From NCBI GenBank assembly GCA_025201805.1, contig MU619238.1, positions 72,909 to 136,879 of the forward strand: a stretch of 63,971 bases of DNA, in the 5' to 3' direction. The notes below the pieces were generated by a model. The model searched no databases, was not told where the DNA came from, and saw only the letters and a list, made by a program, of their open reading frames with translations. Origin of the DNA: Parasitella parasitica NRRL 2501 (lineage: Eukaryota; Fungi; Mucoromycota). Of the stretch, positions 57,723 to 63,971 are shown piece after piece (the stretch's first letter is position 1; each line of letters begins with the position of its first letter). The translations under genes were made by a program, and so were the position numbers.

Positions 57723-58948
57723 ATATAAAATAGTAAAAAGAAAGAAAATGATGAGATAACGTAAAGTGAAAAACCATGCCTCTATTTATAAAACCCCAGA
57801 GAAGACTGGCTGTGTTTCTGGTTGAACGAATTTAGTTTTTTTTTCCCTTTGGACTATTGTCTTGGATTTATATCATATTTTGCCATCACAGACTATTGCT
57901 AGGATTAGGTGTGAATCCTTCGTTTTCTGTTTTCCATTGAACATTCCATATAAAAATGGAAATTCTATCTGAAAACCTATTCACATGTAATGTACTATAC
58001 ATGTTTATGCAATGGATTAAACTGTAAAAGTAGCATATACATACGGCAAACCAAGATCCGTCCTCTCCGGTATCGGTCAATGTTATTTGGGATTGATGAT
58101 ATGATGACATTGACAGTGTCCCAATGCATATGTATACCAACCCGGGGATGATTTAATGCGCAAAATAAAATTCAATGATGACATTTGTACAGCACGGCAG
58201 AAATGTCTTACAACTTTTATAGCAAATCCCTTCTCAATGATGGAAAACGTTGCAATCTAATACTCATGTTTGTACTGATTTAACTTCAATTGCATATTTC
58301 GGCTTTGATTGTATAAAGCCCAGACTTTTCATCTTGTGTTTCATTTTTTGCGCTAAACTTTTGATTAGATGCGGGGATACGTCCTCCGCATCGCCAACAC
58401 GGAAAAATATTGCCGAATTTATTCAAGTACAATGCTCTTATCATTTTTAATGAAACAGCTATAAAATGTATAAAAAATGAAAAACGTACGATTGCATAGT
58501 TGTTTTTATAAAGTTTATATTGTAAATGTATAAGGTTTACTGCAGATCTCTCGCTTTTTCACTCACTTATTGACTCAAATTGAAACCGATACGGAGGAAT
58601 AAATGCGGTTTAACCGTGATTCTCGATCGAGAGTGTTGTACGATCACCCAATTTTTCATCTTTCAAATACAGTGTCTGGCACGTCTAATTTCTGTAGCTA
58701 CTACATGTAGTCGAGCCCATCAAGTGCATTCCTTATAACAGCCTATACTAGCAGTAATCTTATAATTTAAGGCAGTTAATAGTAACTAATGCTATGTGAA
58801 AATGTGATTCACTCTTTACTCAGGTAAATACTCTGTTAGTTATGTCAGCTACACGTTTATTCGAAATCAATGTATTGCCGAATTGTTAAACGATATTAGT
58901 ATTTGGATATCATCAAATTAGTCATATTGACGACACAGGGCGATGAAT

Positions 58949-58952
<4 letters not shown>

Positions 58953-58980
<28 letters not shown>
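58953..58980. repeat. (AG)14 microsatellite
   Basis: Read directly. Confidence 0.95.
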
Positions 58981-58983
<3 letters not shown>

Positions 58984-59582
58984 TAACCCATATTCGAGTA
59001 ACTGAATCCTGTTTTCTCGGTGCATATGCTCTGTAATAAATCACTCAAGAACAACTGCGCTGCTATACCGTAAAATAAAAGAATCAGTTATCGATTGATT
59101 GCAGCCTGACACCAAGCTTGACCTGGTTGAAAATGGTTCCTGGGCATTTTCAAACCCAATTCTGTTAGAATATCTGTGCACTATATATATGAAATCTAAT
59201 GCTTTAGGATCATGTGTGATATGGAAAAGTTTAGAGACCATATGTAGAGAGATTAAAAAATTTCGAATCATTATTTTAAGGGAGGCAAAGTCATATATGA
59301 TTCTATCAACAGGCTTGCTTGTTTTCTACAAATGACGCGTTACCAATTTGGACCGAAAACCCGAGATGAACATTACAGACATTCTGATGCGTTGGATCTA
59401 TGCGGTTTTATGCCATAGACTGTAGATTTGAACCAAGCTGATTGATGCGAAAGTAGCTTCAACAACACGGAGAACCAAATCATGATCAAATCAAATGTCC
59501 ATGGATGGAACTTTAAAGTTTCCCATTCCTCTTTTCCCTTCTTTCTCTCTTCCCCGCAGATTAATCCTTTGTTGTATGAAAC

Positions 59583-60224
59583 ATGTCATCATTCAAGCGA
59601 TCTTTTCATTCCTGTATTGCAAGGCAACGCAGCTTCTATGATGTTCTTCACTTAAACGAGAGGGCTGATAAAAGAGCCATCAAGTCTAATTACTACAAAC
59701 TATCGAAAAAGTACCATCCTGATCTTAATCCCAACAATAAGGAAGCTCATAAATTGTTTTTGGAAATCAACGAAGCATATGCTATATTGGGTAATGAGGC
59801 GAGCAAGAAGAAATATGACTATGACCGCTCCACTGGCAGTGGTGACGATGCAAAATATACCAACAACATGGCAAAATACTCAAGAGCAGGTGGCGGCGGT
59901 GGAAACAAACAGGCGTGGCACTTTAGAAATAGACGACCCAGGAGTACAGGCTCGGCAAGTGCACAAGACCAGGCAGAGAGGATGCGGCAATCAACGGCTG
60001 GCGGTGGTGGGTTTAATCATGGCGAGCACTTTAATAAACATTATGCAGCCGAAGAACATAGACGAAAACAAAGGGTCGAGAACGCAGCACGTCGACGTAG
60101 AGCTGGTGGAGATGATTCGGTACCTGGTCAAAGAGCGAAAGAAATGGAGAATGTATGGGGTCGATTCTGGCGTTTAGGCGCTTTGCTTGCAGGCATTGCT
60201 TATGCGACTCAACATCTTACCTAA
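59583..60224 (+). CDS. J-domain (DnaJ class C) protein, probably mitochondrial membrane-anchored; intronless
   Basis: Presequence-like MSSFKRSFHSCIARQR; FYDVL...YYKLSKKYHPDLN...INEAYAILG J-domain; hydrophobic C-terminal segment. Confidence 0.88.
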   Translation: MSSFKRSFHSCIARQRSFYDVLHLNERADKRAIKSNYYKLSKKYHPDLNPNNKEAHKLFLEINEAYAILGNEASKKKYDYDRSTGSGDDAKYTNNMAKYSRAGGGGGNKQAWHFRNRRPRSTGSASAQDQAERMRQSTAGGGGFNHGEHFNKHYAAEEHRRKQRVENAARRRRAGGDDSVPGQRAKEMENVWGRFWRLGALLAGIAYATQHLT

Positions 60225-60522
60225 AGAATCAATGATGATGATATCCTTACGTTGAAAATATACTACGCTAAATTAGTCCATACACCTATGGAATGCATGC
60301 AAAATTTGGCATAATTTCACTCAAGAAAAAAGAAATCGTAACAACGGACGCACAGACAGGGAGGCTGCATCAAAATCCCTGTCGATATTCATGATTTCCA
60401 GTTTCTCGATCTAAACACGCAATTGACTAATAAACCCCCCAATCGACTCTTTTAACTAGTGTTTGGTTTTTATTTGAAATAAAAAGAAAAGCATTGATTT
60501 GGATGCATTGCAAAGACAAGAT

Positions 60523-61170
60523 TTAAGATCTGGGCTTTTCCTTCTTCTCCTTGTACAAAGCAATGAGAGCGACACCAGCGACCTTGACGACCTTGAAACG
60601 GACACCAGGAATATCACCAATAGCACGGCCCTTACGACCGAAACCGGCAATCAAAACTTCGTCATTCTCATCGACATAATTCAAACAACCATCATTAGGA
60701 ACGAAAGCAGTAACTCTCTTACCGTTCTTGATGAGTTGAACACGGACACACTTACGAATAGCAGAGTTAGGTTGCTTGGCTTCAACACCAATCTTTTCAA
60801 GGACAATGCCCTTGGCGTGAGATGAACCACCGAAAGGAGAAGAACGGAAAGCGGTACCAAGAGCTCTCTTCTTGTAGGCCTTATCGGCCCAACGTTGGTC
60901 GCGACGGTGGATACGGAGCTTACGAGCTGCGTTCAAACCTCTAGGTTGTCCCTTACCTACATATTTGATATGGTTTTTGTGTTAGCATGAACAAATGTCG
61001 AGAAAAACGCATTCTTTGATGTTATCTATCTGTCTCATATATCGAACGAAATCGATCCGTCCATCCATACATCCATCCATCCATCTATTTTGTATATCCC
61101 CTCTCCCTCGCTTTTATCCTATTTGTTTATCCTTCTCCCTATTTCTCCAATGTTGAATGCCCTTACCCAT
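60523..61170 (-). CDS. RPS23: 40S ribosomal protein S23 (uS12); intron 61166-60957
   Basis: ATG G|GT AAG gives [15 protein letters not shown]...[17 protein letters not shown]...[13 protein letters not shown]...KEKPRS. Confidence 0.98.
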
Positions 61171-61720
61171 GATGAAATCTGATAAAAAAGGAAGGCCTAA
61201 TAATTGTCAACTTGGCTGTCTCTTTTGGGCTTGAGAATTGCCACATCTCTGGATGAACAGAGCCCGCCCGAAACGTTTGTGACAATTTTGCCTTGTGAAT
61301 ACACCTCTCCTACCGGGAAAGGCCCACTTCTTGAAACAATAAGCCACTATGGTCCGCTCAAATATGCTTTATACAAACTTTATACTTTCAACACCCTTTG
61401 TCATGGCTAATACTACAGTTTAGAATTAAACCCATTTTTCTTTAACGTATTTCTTTAATGGCTAGAGATTCATTATGGAAAGAATGTTGCGAAAAAAAAA
61501 CTCTTAATTTTCAGTGTTTCAAAGCTTGAAACAAGTCAGGAATTGATAGCCAAATTGAAGGCTCGCTGCTGGTATCTGGCCAATGGAGATGCTAAATATT
61601 AAACTTGCGAAGCGGAGTATAAAAACCAGGCTTAAATATTTAATTTGCGAAACCCAGCTTTTTGGTTAAATTCAGACGATGTTAATTTTTTTCTGGACGA
61701 ATTGAAATTAATATTTATAG

Positions 61721-61883
61721 CTTACCTATTTTGGAAAGCAAAATAATTATTTTGAGATAAAAAAGAAATTATTTTAGACGAATCAGAGTTAATTATTGGA
61801 CCATTATCTTACCTATTGTGGAAAAAGTAAAAAATATTTTCAGATAAAAAGGAAATTAGTTTGGACAAATCAAAAGCTAATTT
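61721..61883. repeat. Imperfect direct repeat, 87-bp period, 2 copies
   Basis: cttacctattttggaaa...agataaaaaagaaatta...gacgaatcaga at 61721 versus cttacctattgtggaaa...agataaaaaggaaatta...gacaaatcaaa at 61808. Confidence 0.85.
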
Positions 61884-62408
61884 CTTTATATCAATGGATA
61901 TTTTTATCAATAATCATTGTAAATTATTAGACTTAATTCGTGGATTATCTGAAGCAAATTTAATAAATATTCATATGCTGTTTCATACGTGCTCCAACTA
62001 ATAGTTGGATCCAAACTCTATTCTACTGTTGAGATAGATATATAATAAATAAAACAAAACGAAATGAAAAGCCAGTAAATTCCAATAATCGTGTTCAATT
62101 ACAAAAGCTTCTATTCAAACAGTCTGATGCACTAGACATTGTTGTTTTCGAGATGTTTAATAAAAGACAAGCTGCTTCTTTGCTTAAGATAAACTAATAT
62201 TGAAAACTGCCTTTATGAGCCCACGTGGTATGTAGACGAAGCCTTTTCTACTTTGGTGATGAGGAAAATCAAATAGTAAATTGTTTTGATTTTGTCAATA
62301 AATCAGTCTTTGTAGTTTGAACTAAAGTTTCATCGGTCCGTCGAATTTCTAATAGAAGACCTAGAATATCTTTCAACATTTCTTTTCTCATCTACATTGA
62401 TAAAAGTT

Positions 62409-63971
62409 ATGAAACGCAAACACGAAGACGAACAATCTGATGATCCAGAAAAAAAGATTTTAAAGAGTAAGTATCAAACGCGTACCTTACAAAAGAGTGT
62501 GTTTCTTACATTGTTTAGGTGCAGACCTGGTTAACCAAGAAGTATCTACTTTAACATCATTTACTCCCTCTCATCATATCGCTTCTACTCATACTGATTC
62601 TACTGATATTGCTTCTATTCATATTGCTTCTACTGATCTTAATCCTACTCATATTGTTTCATCTCATACCGGCACCAATTCACTTAATGATATGGCATCT
62701 TCTTCCAGTACCACTCCTATCATATCAAAGAAAATTCAAAAGAAAATTGATAAGAGTCGTGCCTTACAAGAGTTCAGGCTGCAACAAAAATCGGACAAAC
62801 CAAAGCTGTGCCCCTCCTACAAACAAGATACCCACGCACGGTCCACGAGCAATTTATGCCCCAATAAAAAGAAGAAAGAGACCAAGTTTGAAGCGGATGA
62901 GTTCACAAAACAATTTGTAATCAAAACTTCACTTAAAAACACTTGCAAGAATCAACTATTCGCAAAAAATCTGGCTCAAGTAGTAGAATATACCAATATG
63001 ATTATTCATGTTGGTTCTCTTTTTGTAAACTTTGTGTTCCTGAAACTGCTTGGTAATGCCCAAGCGATACCTGTAATAGAGCAAAATCTATTCGCTTCCA
63101 TGTTCGCCCTCATCACTGGTAATGGTAAAAAGCGCCAAAATACTTGGAAGAATATTTTAATGACTTTTGCGATTTGACATCATTGGATCGTGAAAAAATT
63201 AAAGGGATTGGGTACTCCAGCCTCCTCAATATTGCGACTAAACAATATGAAACCTTTATCAGAAATTACATACATGATACGCATGAAAGAAGATCAACGA
63301 TGTCAGATAAAAACTCAAACACTTACCGCAAAAATCTTCCGGTTGCCTCAAGGAAGGCTTTAGCCTATTACATTTATCATAAAAAGCAAGGTTCGAGCCC
63401 AACATGGCCGTCGAATGTTCAAAATAGCCCAGAAAACATTGAGACTACAGAGAAATTACTTACCTTATGGTCAACGTATCAACCAGATAGTTGGGACACG
63501 AAATCACTCTATTGTGATTCAGATACGCTCTACTCAAAACCTCATCTATTCTTCAAATGGTTTTATGTCAAAAGTTACTAGTAAAGGCTATGTATATCGA
63601 AAACTTCAAGAAATTCAATTCATTCAAACTTTGAGCAGAAAGCGATTCCAATCTTTACAAGAACAAGTTCTGCAGTCGATTAACTCGAATGAGACGTTTG
63701 TATCAGGGAGAAAATTGTCCTTACTCACTGTACAGCAGATTTCAATTATCCAACACTTTATAGATACCGTCAAAGCACGGATTGAAGGTGGAACATTTTT
63801 CCCGGCCAAATATACTGATCCTAGAGGTTATCGCTTTTTCACAATCGCTCCTGTTTATACTGTACAGAGCAAAGCAATACAAATAGAAGCCCAAGCACTG
63901 TGGAGGTTGGTTAAACAATCCGACGTACCATGATATCGGTCAGGCAAAAAGACAGAAACCGAGCTAACAGA
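62409..63971 (+). mobile_element. Degenerate Fanzor1-like (TnpB-derived) transposon ORF, N-terminal part; runs off the window
   Basis: ATG at 62409; intron 62467-62518; decayed Zn knuckle C-x2-(C>Y)-x4-H-x7-C; blocks VIKTSLKNTC...VEYTNMIIHVGSLFVNF..L.LL...IPVI, GYSSLL...QYET..RN, KPH.F.KWFY and RFFTIAPVY....IQIEAQAL recalled from fungal Fanzor1 proteins; two frameshifts and a TGA at 63931; RuvC motifs not visible in the window. Confidence 0.62.
62574..62669 (+). repeat. 15-bp coding minisatellite, about 6.4 copies (tcatattgcttctac consensus)
   Basis: tcatatcgcttctac / tcatactgattctac / tgatattgcttctat / tcatattgcttctac / tgatcttaatcctac / tcatattgtttcatc; encodes HIAST-like pentapeptides. 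Confidence 0.9.

Noticed and set aside
60951-60960. AG|GTAAG recursive-splice-like site at the start of RPS23 exon 2
   Set aside because: Explained by the conserved G-K-G codons (GGT AAG GGA)
61595-61883. Direct repeats as a CRISPR-like array
   Set aside because: Only two degenerate copies of each unit, no repeat-spacer regularity, and a eukaryotic context

Overview
Eukaryotic, intron-rich fungal DNA, most consistent with a Mucorales genome: short 50-70 nt GT-AG introns, about 40% GC, long homopolymer tracts, and two assembly gaps at 8548-8797 and 22245-22254. The ORF track is unspliced, so genes were rebuilt by hand. The window holds about 25 genes, mostly housekeeping: glycogen branching enzyme, Yrb30-like, peroxisomal Lon, NDUFS4, ALDH, a large ankyrin/coiled-coil protein, Rho1, Cet1-type RNA triphosphatase, PP2C, Alg7, Dpy30, Ded1, eIF2-gamma, Ost1, Rps29, a 2OG-Fe(II) oxygenase, two PDR ABC transporters, Qcr8, Not4, a J-domain protein and Rps23. 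Rho1, Dpy30, Qcr8 and a 93-aa orphan are absent from the ORF track, and Rps29 appears only as a fragment. The most notable items are: (1) at the right edge, an intron-containing, frameshifted ORF resembling the N-terminal two-thirds of a Fanzor1 (eukaryotic TnpB-derived RNA-guided nuclease), preceded by repeat-rich DNA that may be an element end; (2) an intronless secreted BP74/CaM-BP15-like gene that looks bacterial; (3) a candidate box C/D snoRNA in the RPS29 intron. All family calls come from motif recognition by eye; no database searches were run.
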